A DNA stretch of 64,000 nt from Octopus bimaculoides (Eukaryota): assembly GCF_001194135.2 (NCBI RefSeq), contig NC_068988.1:25489188-25553187 (forward strand). Direction: 5' to 3'. Positions 51,877 to 64,000 of the stretch are shown here, in pieces. Position 1 is the stretch's first letter. The number at the start of each line of letters is the position of its first letter. Below the pieces are notes generated by a model. It had not been told where the DNA came from. It saw only the letters and a program-made list of their open reading frames with translations, and did not search any database. Both the position numbers and the translations under genes were made by a program.

Positions 51877-54800
51877 TTAAATCCCAACAACGATTAAATC
51901 CTGGTTAGAACAATTTCACTTTTGCTGTTCTCGCAAAGAAAAAAGTACGATTGTTTATATTTTCGAATGTATTCAATTACATTTCTCGAAGATGGTTAAA
52001 GTTTTGTACTACATATCAAAAAAGTTATACTAGCGACGGCATAAAAACACATCTAGTCAAAATATCGAAAACAAGCTCTTTCATGAATTATAAATTAATA
52101 ACTGAACAGAATGTTTCTATAGTATCATCCACTGAGTTTTTGTTAAGATCTCAATAATACTAATTTCCATCTTTTCTCTTGGTGATGTAGCTCCGAGCTC
52201 ACAATACTGTTGTGTCTTTATTTAGATCGACAGGATTCTATCGATTTTCTGCCTCAAATAGATATCTCATGAAATTTTTAATTCCAGAAAACCTGTATTA
52301 TGAAATTTCGTGTTGCTATAAATGTAAATTTACACTGCTATTTCATTTTTACAATGTATATGTTTTAGTTAAACAATGATAAAAGACATAAGCAACATTG
52401 TTTTAAAATCATAAAGAAAATACAATTGCGGCAGATTGTGTATTTCAATAAAACAGCATAATAAAAAGAAATTTTATGTTCTACATATTACAATGCGTGA
52501 TGTTAAATCTAAAAAAGGTAATTAAAATAAATGGAAACATACACATACTTCTAGTAATGAATTAAACATCACTTCTATATGTAAAATTTTACAAATCACT
52601 TTTTTAATGTTATCATTCAGGTTTTTTTTTTATATATATAATTTATAACCTTATACCATAATTATCATTGTTGATAAAACGAAAATAATTAGAAAACTTA
52701 AATTATAAATGTTCTTATATCCATAATAACGCACTCCTTAACCACACGAGACATGATTTGTTAATGTAATTGTTAATTGCCATTAATTACAATAAAACAA
52801 TTACTGCATGGTTATAATATATTTTTATATTTCATGTGAACACCTTTCTTTTAAACACTTTAAATCTAGGAGTGGTAAACAATATTGTTTATTGGAATTT
52901 GTTAAATATGCTGTCTATTGATTAATATATTAAATGATATAATATGTCAATTGTGTGTTTCAAATTAAACTGGGTTTCGTCGTTTTAGAGATTCCTATTT
53001 ACTTAATAGTCAGTTGTGAACCTCTTCATTAATTAATGATTACAACCATGGGAATATTTATACATTTATCTCTACAGTTTTTAATATATAGAGAGTTATA
53101 AACAGTCTGAGACGTAATCTACATCGCCCTAAGCATAAACACTGCTATTATTCTAAATATCGTTTTACACAAAACAATTTCGAAAACGAATTTAATAATA
53201 TATTCAATGTTAGAAAATCCCGAAAACAATATAAAACAATACAGAGTTACAGCAGGAAAAGGTATTTTTTATACTTGAATTCTTTCTAGCCAATGGGCTC
53301 TATCCCTACAGCAAAATAAACAAATTATAGTAAATTTCTCTTAGAATACTGGAAGCTGTACTTTACTATAGTGAATATTATAAAAGAACACACGCACTTG
53401 ACCTTTGAATTCGATGATAACTGTCTCTTTCTCCAATTATGGATCCTTTGAAGATTGTATATTCCTAAACATATTCCCTTTTCATTTGATGGCTGCACGG
53501 TATAGAAGGACGTAGTTGTATCTACAATCGCAGTATTAGCACTGTTACTGCATATGCCACACCAAGTATGTGCTCACGAGAACATTATAATGTCTATAAT
53601 TGAAATTGCTGAAGATGATACCAGCGCGTTGTGCCATATCATGGTGTTGCTGTGAGCATTCCTCGGTGCAACTATCTTCACTGTGAAGTAAAAGAAAAAT
53701 CCAATAGTAAAGGTGATCCCCAATGGCCGTAATTTTAAAAATCCTCTTGTAATTATAAGAGAGTTTTTGAAATCATTTTTATGGGGAACTGCCAAACTCA
53801 GAGTGCACTTCCCAGGCTTTTAGCTTCCTACATTCACGCATAAAGGAGCAGATCAGTTCAGTTAAGCAGAACCCTGCACTATAAGCGAAAACAATTTACG
53901 TATTTCCTAGAAAAGTTTAGACAATGAGTAAGTACCAATCACACCATATATATATATATACATTTCCCTAGGCGCAGGCATGCATATATAGTCAAGTGTT
54001 TCGCATTGCAGCAATGTCGTTTCTGGTTCACTCTCACTTGAGCTGCTGTATTCTATTATTACTCCGTGTTGATCAAAGACTTGTGAGGCAGTTTGGGAAA
54101 CGGAAACTGTGCTGAAGCCCACTGTATGTCAACATGATGTATATATATATATGCGTACACATATATATGTATTCATACATACATATATAAACACACATAC
54201 GTACACACACACACACATATATGCATATGTATATATGTATATGTGTATTTGTGTACATAGATATCTGCCATTATCTGCAACACTCCACTACTACCTTCAT
54301 TATTACATGCCAGATTTGCTTGCGACATGCTTGAAAGATATATGGGGCAATTGCCAGTAATAGTAATTTGGCGCATTTCTAGTGGTGTGAGCTGTTGCGT
54401 TGTCATGTCACAGTGCAGAGAAAATCATACATGATGATCAATTTCAACTGGAATGACAAGACCGCTATGATTATGTGCCCATAACAAGATTGTAAAACGT
54501 TGGAAAGGGCTCAATTACCTTTGATAAGTTTCTTAGTCAAAGGTTTCTGGGATTTGTGCAAATAACCGAATTGCGCTAATTAGACTCCCCCCTGCTTTCA
54601 AGTTCTCTATTTACCGATATTTTATAATTAGATGTTGTTTTTGCTCTCTTTGATTTCATTTTCCTCTACCAACACGCCTGGTCGTCTTTACTTCATTTTT
54701 ATACTGTCCCTAATGCCGTAGGTGCTTGTGGTGGATCAGAAAATTTCTAATAATTACATATATTATGACGATTTATGATTAGGAATATTTCTTATTGATT

Positions 54801-55661
54801 TTTTTTATACCTGCTATTTTGATCACTGTTCCTGCATTTTGAATTTCTATTTTTTGCAGAAAATATTTCGCCTCTTTAATAGAAAAATCGTTCATTATTT
54901 TCATCTATTGTTCTCTCATATCACAAGAGATTTATTGAATCTGTTCTCATTTTCTGCGCAGCCTTTTCCAAACATAATTGTCTTATTTTATAATACATTT
55001 TGACTCTAAAATCCTAGTCTCCTTTCGTCACTTTGCAAGATAGTTTCTATAAATGACAATTAAAGTATTATATTTTAAATGCTATTTTAAATTAACCATT
55101 CTTTCTAGCAATATTAGAGAATCTTCTCTCATTGTTGAATCCATAATTAGGGTGATTTGTAAAATAAACACTTAACAACCAATTCACGTTCCATTAATTG
55201 ATTGTGGCTTTGTTGAGTTGAACATATTTGTACACAAGCATGACTCTATATTCAAGTGGAATTGTAGTCTTAAATTTCAAAGGGCAGTAAAAAAAAAAGA
55301 GATGAAAGAACCTTCCCGATTTCCCCAGATTCTGTGGCATATACTCTCAGCCCCGTCCGCCCGAGACGAGACGCCGATCCGTTGTAAGATTACTCATTTT
55401 TGCTATTGAGTAGACTGGATCAGCATAAAATTATGTGTTTTGCTCAAGAACAAAACGCGGCGCTGGGTCGAGGATCCGAAACGATAATGTTATTATGATT
55501 GTTGTTACTATTGGAGTTACTATTGTTATTCGAAAGCTAATCGACAATGTGTGTAACACCATAAACACTTAGCCACGCGTCTCCTTATATTTCAATAGAA
55601 TTGAAGAATTACTGTTATTATTATGAGGCACAAACTAATTGATAATATTACTATTGTTAGG

Positions 55662-55880
55662 AAAGCGGTGAGATGGCAAAACTATTAGCACGCCGGGGAG
55701 AATGCTTAGCGGCATTTCGTCCGTCTTTACGTTCCAATGTTAAATGCTGCTGCGCTCCACTTTACCTTTCATTCCTTTGGCTTGGATAAAATAAGTACCA
55801 GTTGAGAACTGAGTTCGATTTAATCGACTTAGCTCCACCCCGAAATTGCTGGTCTTGTACTAAAAATGTTAACCAATATT
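55662..55880 (+). mobile_element. tRNA-derived SINE family A
   Basis: gcggtgagatggcaaaactattagcacgccgggg...ggcatttcgtccgtctttacgttc...ataagtaccagttgag, same family. Confidence 0.88.
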
Positions 55881-55899
55881 ACTGTTTTTAGGTTGTGTT

Positions 55900-56003
55900 C
55901 TTATTAGTGTTGAAGTTTCTACGTACCTTATTAGTGTTGAAGTTTCTACGTACCTTATTAGTGTTGAAGTTTCTACGTACCTTATTAGTGTTGAAGTTTC
56001 TAC
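55900..56003. repeat. Perfect 27-bp tandem repeat, about 3.9 copies
   Basis: Unit cttattagtgttgaagtttctacgtac three times, plus a 23-bp partial unit. Confidence 0.97.
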
Positions 56004-56639
56004 ACAAGCAAGACTCGACGCAAATCAACAAAATATTTTGTACATGGTCGTTTGGTTTCTCAAAACACAAGTCAAATTTGGGTAATTTTGAAATGGAAAA
56101 AGGTACGATATTGAGGTGATTATATACTCTAGGAACTATGTAGATATTCATAAATGAACCCAATATTCTAGTGATATAATTCTGGTAGCAAATTTCGAGA
56201 TGAGTGAGAATGTCCACAGCGCATGTAACTACGTTCGAGTCTTATTTATTGGAGCTCCAAACCGAAGCAGAAACCAAACGACTCAACCATGCGCTTCCAG
56301 TTATATAGTAGCTCTAGCGCTGAACTCTCTATTTAAGTACTGGTTAGCAACGATAGCTATCTGTTTATTAAGGAAATTGTGAAATATCAGGAAGATAAAA
56401 AGTTTGTGCAACACAAATATATCACTTGCTCCCGAAGTAATTGTTACCGCTCTCAAAGTGTTACCAAAGACGATGGAGGATATTAAAATTTCGTAACTTA
56501 TTGTAAACCAGCAGAGAAGTGCCCATCTGTATTCTGCAATAATCTTAAGAAAGAATCTTGAATTTTGCAAACGCTTACTGCTACAAAACCTAGGGATAGC
56601 AATAGCATCCCATCACAGTAAATTAGTATATAATTGCTT

Positions 56640-56800
56640 TTGAGCAATAATAGCAAAAACAATAGAAACAACGACGTCAATGATAATAATAACAATAATG
56701 ATAATAGCAAGAAGAAGACGAAGAAGAAAAAGAAGAAGAAGAAGAACAACAACAACAACAACAACAACAACGACGACGACGACGACGACGATGACGACAT
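56640..56800. repeat. Compound microsatellite (AAT)-(AAG)-(AAC)-(GAC)
   Basis: Read directly. Confidence 0.95.
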
Positions 56801-57399
56801 ACTAGCTGAACTAATGAATAAGCTTTCTAAACGAAAAATTAATAGCAGAAGATGAAAGAGAATATCTAAAAGAAGTAACGGTAGCCTAAACACAGGAATA
56901 ATTAAAATATTGATAATGTAATTTTCAACTGTAGAAATAACACGTGCAATAGAAATGATAAACAACGAAATACTATAAATTCAAACCCTGGAATTCTAAA
57001 ATATTGAACGCAAAACGACAAACAAAAACTGCAGAAAATGTAAATAAAGTTACGTAAGAGAAAGATCTTAATATGAAAAAATTCTAAAGGTGAACATCAT
57101 GACTTTAACACTCCAAAACTGTATTATATCGCAATTGAGAGCATTCGATCCTCCTATTGGCCAATGGAAGTATCCTACATGGTTAAATAGCAACAGTATT
57201 ACATCGAACCATGAAACAGCAACAATAATAAAAGAAACGTGAACTTGGTTGTCGCAAATTTAATTAAAAAAAGTTCATCCATTGTCGTGAAATAATATAT
57301 CTATCAGTCACTGTTGTTACAAAGTAAAATTAGTACTCTCTCAAATCCATTCACAGAATAAAATTAAAACCCATGAAAAATGAAATATCCAGAAATATA

Positions 57400-59770
57400 T
57401 AGAAAAGGAGATACATTTGTCAATTTTTAAAATCAATAATGAAACGAGAAGACTAAAAAGGTACACAAAGTGATAAATGTTAAAATAATATGTACCTGAG
57501 ATCAAAGATCTCACTAGGTCGATAAAATTCAGTTATTATGAAAAGCACAAAAGATTATTTGAATAAAAGCTGTTCGACTCAAAATCTAAACGATTCAATG
57601 AAGAAGTTTGTAAAAAAAAAAAATCAATATACAGTACTAAAAGCACCAGAAATAGAAGTCTGAGGGAGAAGTATAGGCAGAAAAAGAATTCTAACAGAAA
57701 AGATTTAAAAAACAAAATGAATGAATGAATGAATATTGCTTTGGGACAATCTTAGGTGTCCATAACAACGGAAAGATTAACCCCAGTACTGCAAACAACT
57801 GGATTTAATCGAACCATGAAAGTATCAAAAGTTTCTGGACAAAATATTTAAAAGAAACACAGAAGTTGCTAGTAGATAAGTACAATGTGATACTGGTGGT
57901 ACCAGAGAAAACAATGCTAGGATATAAAATACAAACAAAAATACCCAACTATATACAAATTTCATCCCCAAATCTACATAAAATCTCATAACATGTCTTT
58001 TTAAAACTTACAAAAACCTTAACTGCAATAATATCGCAGAAGATAAGATATCTGGTAAAAAAAACAAAATGGATGCTGCAAAAGTTCATGGTGTAATGAT
58101 AAATTACTGATTCAGAAAGCTATGACCGAAGGCAATAGAAGCACTTGGTATGGTATAGACTGACTACAAGAAGGTTTTGATAGTATTACTCCCACATGGA
58201 TCCCGGAGGTAAAGTCATGAAAAATGCAGCTCCAGTAAAATGAAAGTACATGGAACATGACTGGGATTTACAGTTAAAGGAAGGAGTTTTAAAAGCTAAA
58301 CGCATTCCTATTAGAAGAGTAATATCCCAGAAGGAATCTATCTCACTGTTTCTTATTCGTCTGGCGCTGGTACCTTTTGGTCGTTATGCTAAACAGAACT
58401 GCATGTGGATACAACAATTATGATAAGGCGATTAACAAGCTTTCGTATGTGAATGATCCCAAGTTGAATGTTGCAAATGATAAGCAAGTCAACGCATTCT
58501 TGCAGACAACAAACAGTTTTCTCACAGAAAAAAACATGAGAATAGCTCAGAAAAAATGTGCCAAAGAATTATCTGACAAGAAGAAAAGTAATTAAAACAC
58601 TAATATCATATGAGATAAAGGGAATGAAATAAGAGAATTAGACCGAACTTATGAATCAATGAACAAGACAGTATAACACCACACGCAATTTGGGAGAAAA
58701 GATTACAAAGGAATATTATAGAAGCACCAGATTATTTCCTAAAAGTGGGTTAAATGAAGAAGAATAAGGCAACAGACATCAATACTCTAGGTGTGCCTGA
58801 AATAAGTTACTTATTTAATATTCTCAATTGTACGCTTATCGAACTGTCTAGACTAGACAGGAAAATAGGGGAAATAATGATAGCATTTAGAATAGGCCAT
58901 GCAAAATGGAAAGACTATATTTACCACGAATATAAAGAATTTGGTGACTTGTGTAACTAGAAAACTAATACAAAATATCCACAATAAAAATAACTATTCT
59001 GAATCATGGACATTTATATAAACAGCTATGAAACATGAACAAAGCATAAAATTACTTTTCATCTTCAAAGAAGACGTCAACTACAAAACATGTTGCAATA
59101 GCAAATAACTATAAAGAAAATAGTGAAAGCGTAACTGAAAGCATGGAGTGCTAAAAATCTAAACTAAAGTCCTGGTTAGAAAATGATAGATAGATAATAA
59201 GAAATCCCATACAAGACTAATACCAGAAGATGCTGCAAACAGAAGCAATGAAAATAGAATAGCTATCACTAACTTGGAAGTGCCGGATTCAAAGCAGATG
59301 CATAATATTTATGTACTGTGGAGGAAATACTCCCACAATAGAAACTATGAAAACTACGTAATGTAGCAGAATATAGTAAAAGCAGAATACTTAGAGAGTG
59401 GAAGAAACAATTGATCACATTATTTCTGATTACTCAGAGTACAACCAAACGTACACCCGAATTGAGAGTTACATACACTAGAAGATATGCCAGCTGTATG
59501 AAAAACCAATAGGGCAAAGATGGTATAATTATGCATAACAAGAGATCGGTGAAAATGGCAAAGCAACTCTATACGGAAATATACCAATATTCAAAGACAG
59601 CGAGATCAAGGTAGTCAGACCGGAGACTGTTCCTGAGCACCACAAAATAACGAAATGCCTCCTAATCAACAAATTAATTCCAAAAGGTGATAATATATCT
59701 TTTGGAGAAATGGAAGAAATATCTAAATATAAAAAATAACCCGAATGATGAGCTTGAAAACAGAAACTAT
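57400..59770 (+). mobile_element. Heavily degraded R4/Dong-clade LINE (RT through zinc knuckle and restriction-like endonuclease)
   Basis: Broken frames give KQNGCCKSSWCNDKLLI (EEQxGC-like), WYGID*LQEGFDS (WIDYxKAFDS-like), IPIRRVISQKESIS (IFQGDSLS-like), NKLSYVNDPKL (LLYMDDLKL-like), TIDHIISD..YIH*KICQLY and ENGKATLY...DSEIKVVRPE. Boundaries are approximate. Confidence 0.8.
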
Positions 59771-59961
59771 CCCTATAATGATAGGGATCTGAGAATTGCC
59801 AAAACTATGCTTACAAATACACACCTAATAGCCCAGTACTCGTACATCAATACATTCATATTTACATACATACATATATATATACACACGTACACACACA
59901 CGCATACACGCACTCACACACACACGCACGCACGAACACACACACACACACACACACACAC

Positions 59962-60130
59962 ATAGCTTCCTCCCATGAAATGTCAATGGTTTTGAGGTCG
60001 TCGATGAAGGTGCGGCGCCAAGTCGCTTTTGGTCGCCCTTGTTTTCTCTTGCCATGCGGTGGCTTCCACAGAATGGTGGTTTTCGCATGCCACGACGCTG
60101 TGGAAAGAGTGCGGAAAATGTGACCCAATT
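59962..60130 (-). mobile_element. RTE-clade LINE C-terminal fragment
   Basis: Minus frame reads LGHIFR...TTILWKPPHGKRKQGRPKATWRRTFIDDLKTIDISWEEA, matching the RTE-type W.P.GKR..GRP..TWRRT...SW.EA terminus. It is cut off by a (CA)n array. Confidence 0.75.
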
Positions 60131-60650
60131 GCTAAGTCGATGTGAGAGCCTTGCACAAAAAGAGTACAAGCGCCGTCACGATGCAATGTGTGTGTATCTT
60201 CATTGGATCTTATGCTGTAAATACCAATATGAAGTAAGAGAGAACTGGTATGAGCATGTATCAAGTAAAGTTATGCAGTAGGACGGGAAAGTAACGACAC
60301 TCTGGGACTATGATATTCAGACGGATTGTGTAATCGAACACCGTGGACCAGATATTATCATATTGAATAAGAGACATACTGTAATATCATTGATGTTGCC
60401 ATAGAAAATGACATGAATGGTGTGAGTAAAGTGAGTGGATAAATCACCATTTACTCCGAATGGAAAGTGGAAATGGCAAGACTGTATGGAATGTAAAAGA
60501 GTAATGTAAAAGTGATACAGTGGTGATCGGAGCGTTGGGCTCAATCGCATTGAAACTTCAATAAGTCTTTAGGCAACTGGAAATCCTATGCAAGATTAAT
60601 GTCTTGCAAAAAACGACGCACGTCTTAAGGAAAGAAGTATCTGTCTGAGA
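60093..60650 (+). mobile_element. R4/Dong-clade LINE 3' fragment (CCHC-type knuckle and PD..D endonuclease), better preserved
   Basis: CGKSAENVTQLLSRCESLAQKEYKRRHDAMCVYLHWILC...WYEH, then TLWDYDIQTDCVIEHRGPDIIILNK, then VVIGALGSI. A (TAA)n array follows about 165 bp downstream. Confidence 0.9.
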
Positions 60651-60814
60651 TCCTTGTTCCGCCATCTTAACTGATTGGAACTGTAATTATGTACATTGTT
60701 ATGTAAGGGTATAAAAGATGGGCTGCAGCAAATATACTGCTCAATACACAGATTTGTCAGTTACTTGACCTTCACTAGTTGAGCATGTCCCTTAATGGCT
60801 GGCGATATGTGCAT

Positions 60815-60829
60815 CATAATAATAATAAT

Positions 60830-60886
<57 letters not shown>
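60815..60886. repeat. (TAA)n array downstream of the R4/Dong fragment
   Basis: Read directly. Confidence 0.97.
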
Positions 60887-60887
<1 letters not shown>

Positions 60888-61089
60888 GTGATTCTTAAAA
60901 TTCGACACGCTTACAAAAGTTTGAGGAGTGAACTTAGTCGAAAACATTGTTTGGTACTATATTTTAAGAATGAGAGTGATTAGAGGGCGAAATACAATTA
61001 TAAAGATTCCTAAGAAACGTATAAAAGCATTTCCTACGACGCTGTAACGAGTGTGCCAGCTTACTACCCTTAATTGTTTATGAATTAAA

Positions 61090-61260
61090 CAGAGGGCCAG
61101 CAAAAGTTAAGTGAAGTTTATTGGTCGACTTAATCACAGGTTTCAGAGCGCTGAAATACAAAGTTGAATTCAATTTAACTTAAAGTCAGAGCATAAAAAA
61201 TTAGATCATATACCAGAGGATATCCCTTCCGGCTCTTTAATGTTTCTGCCATAACTCGGT
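61090..61260 (-). mobile_element. Probable very degraded SINE family A
   Basis: gagggccagcaa...ggtcgacttaatc...aaagttgaattc...atgtttctgcca resembles the reverse complement of family A. Confidence 0.45.
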
Positions 61261-61742
61261 CTCTTCTATTCATTATAATTATAATAATAATGAAGATAGC
61301 TATATTTAGTAAAGTTCTTCACACAATATATAGCGGTTTGTTATGTATAGCTCATGACCTCATTGTACTCATCATAACATAAAAGCGAAAATATATTGTT
61401 TTTTAATGACAATCGAAAATAGATCCCAGAGTCGTCTCACTGAAATAGTTTGTCTGAGTCTCAAGAAACTACCAGATGATATTAGAATCTTCAAAGCAAA
61501 CAGCGATGTGCCCTGTTCTTATCTATAATAAAGAATGCTTCTTAGACGAAAATGAAATTAATTCTAGGCATACATAAACAATTTCTCCTTTTTCTCATAA
61601 AATCCTAACGATAAATGGCGCAACAAAGGAGTTGCAACATGGTTTGAAAGGAAATAAAATTGTGCTGGAATCACGAACACAGAGGGAACATGTGTCTTTT
61701 GAAGATATTCCATAAATATGTACACATACACACACGCATATA

Positions 61743-61816
<74 letters not shown>

Positions 61817-62773
61817 CGTTTATGATGATGTATGCAAATCGTCCATGAATTATATGATTAGCTCGTACGTAATAATATAACAGATATGATAAAAAAATTA
61901 TCGACGCATTTGTTCAAAATGTCAGCTATAAAAGTATGTTATTTTGCAATAGTGTTTAGAAAACTCCAGCATTCGTGTGTGTGAGACAGAGTGTGTCTAT
62001 AAGTATGTATGTTTATAGCTACGTATATTGTACTATAAATATTCGCAAGGAGAGTTCCCTTAAAATTTATTTTATGCACTCGTTGCTTAATTCTTAAGAA
62101 GTTTGGGAAAGTAACCACACTAATGTATTATTGGTAGTGAACTCCCCAAAGAATAAATAATACTAGACGCTCAAAAAAAAATTCCTGTAAAAGTGCTAAT
62201 AACATAAAACATAAATGTACATGCATTTTTTTTTTTTTTTTTGCATAATATAAAATCAAATTGAAATAAATACTATTTCTGTGTTAATATCACATAGAAA
62301 TAGATTGAATCAAAATTGCATTTCTACTTACTTTTATTTACACAGCTCATACCACACTGGCCGTCACATAAACATTTTTTCTTCCTGCTTACGCAATCTT
62401 CGTGAGTTTCACATCTCTTCAGGCAAGTTCGGTTTATAACATTCTCCTCTCTTGGACACGAATCTTCACTGGCTATAAAGATGAAAAGAAAAAGAAATAA
62501 CAAAATGAAGAATCAAACAGTTTATTTGTCATTTTGCGAAATACTTTCATATTTCAGTAGTTAAAGAGAGTAATGTTTTCGTCATTCATATATTAGCCTA
62601 AGGTAGTCAAGATAAAAATATTTATTTTAAATTCATNNNNNNNNNNNNNNNNNNNNNNNNNNNNNNNNNNNNNNNNNNNNNNNNNNNNNNNNNNNNNNNN
62701 NNNNNNNNNNATCACGAGTGTTTCAGTGAAAAACAGCAAACACCATGTTAAATTAATCAGTGATGAATGAATA

Positions 62774-62817
<44 letters not shown>

Positions 62818-63938
62818 GAAATAGGAGACTACAAGTTTTGCTGAGTTTTGTGACCTGACTATTCTGGATAGTTACTGGATACACTTTAGTGGTGCAAGTA
62901 TTCTTTGAGTGACCGCTGACCCCTGTTATCACAGATCATAATAAGCGTAACACGTAAGGTTAGGGGCAGACCATGTCATGCAGGATCAAGTGTAAATGAA
63001 TCTGTTGTGAATGAGGATAAATATGTCATATTTTGTAATGTCATGAATATAAAACTGAAGGGATACTGAATGCTTGCATGTATATCTTGAATATATCATT
63101 TATAGCACAGTCTAGAGTATAAGAACTACACCCTTCTAATGTTATTTATTTCTGCTTTTATACGCTTATTTATTTTGCAATCTGCAAGTCATAGTTATAT
63201 AAGAGAGGGCATTAGCGATAATCTGTACATAACGATGATAACCTCCCAGAGGATACATTAGAACGTATTCAAGAGTATAATTTTAAACGTCTTCACCCAT
63301 TGCTTTTGCTGTTGTCACAATTTACTTCTTTAGAATTTCACTGCAACCAAACGGAAAATGTATCAGTCTACATATACGTAAACAGATTTAACGTGGTTGG
63401 GAAATATATCCCTTTAACATTTTATCATGCATTCGTAACATATTGTGAACGCCTTGGTAGATTTTAAACGTCTAAGTTTTAGTTTTTATAATTCCTTAGG
63501 AAATGTTCTCTCGCTCAAGTATATAAACTGAGGCAAGTGTGAAGTATAAGCTGGAAATTACTTTGGTAGTTGTGAAATAATTGTATATCAACTATACGCA
63601 TTATATTGACAGGATTCAAATAGTACTTATCAAGATTGTACGATAATATTAATCTTTGATTACTTTTTCATATGGCTAAGTCTTCATTTATTTTTCTTTC
63701 AGATATAACCTTTCTGTGATAAAGATAAGAGAATCTCTATATTTTGGCGTATGGAAATACAAGTGTATATTTTATGTTCCTATAGGAATCCATTTACTCA
63801 TTGATTAAAATTGCGTGTGCATATGTATCCATATATTTATGTAAATATGCAACGTATGTAGATATACGTATGTATATGCGTATACATTATATTTATGTAC
63901 ATATACATATGTATATACAAACACACATACGCATATAT

Positions 63939-64000
<62 letters not shown>

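Larger units (their letters stand above)
1714..62710. other. Twelve assembly gaps (N): 1714-1977, 10052-10799, 13063-13679, 14722-14748, 17514-18073, 23233-23866, 36994-37400, 40062-40415, 41015-41541, 47140-47505, 47889-48039, 62637-62710
   Basis: Counted from the sequence, about 4.7 kb in total. Most are bordered by (AT)n or (CA)n and could hide exons. Confidence 0.99.

Noticed and set aside
55900-56003. Regularly spaced repeats as a CRISPR-like array
   Set aside because: Contiguous identical units with no spacers, in a eukaryotic context.
63703-63748. Plus-strand 46-nt exon-like segment YNLSVIKIRESLYFG
   Set aside because: Weak donor (gtatgg after C), no recognisable peptide, and no partner exon.

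Overview
64 kb of AT-rich animal genomic DNA with 12 N-gaps (about 4.7 kb in total), most of them bordered by (AT)n or (CA)n microsatellites. The SINE families, microsatellite density and retroelement mix point to a coleoid cephalopod, probably Octopus; this is inferred from recalled repeat sequences, not from a search. Nearly all long ORFs in the supplied track are artefacts of gaps or microsatellites. The one firmly supported host coding feature is absent from that track: a 201-nt, phase 1-1, minus-strand exon (21774-21974) encoding a complete Sushi/CCP domain. A 19-nt microexon (15967-15985) continues it in frame, and a possible signal-peptide exon lies at 40422-40488, so much of the window is probably intron of a secreted or surface multi-CCP protein gene. 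The rest is a retroelement graveyard: a Penelope-like element (RT + GIY-YIG), three R4/Dong-clade fragments associated with (TAA)n arrays, RTE and CR1-type fragments, and about a dozen tRNA-derived SINE copies from two families. The most notable unexplained structures are a near-identical 169/193-bp inverted repeat pair 5.6 kb apart, a set of exon-like elements on the opposite (+) strand, hammerhead-like remnants, and an RTE/R4 junction readable on both strands. No complete novel system can be demonstrated from the sequence alone.
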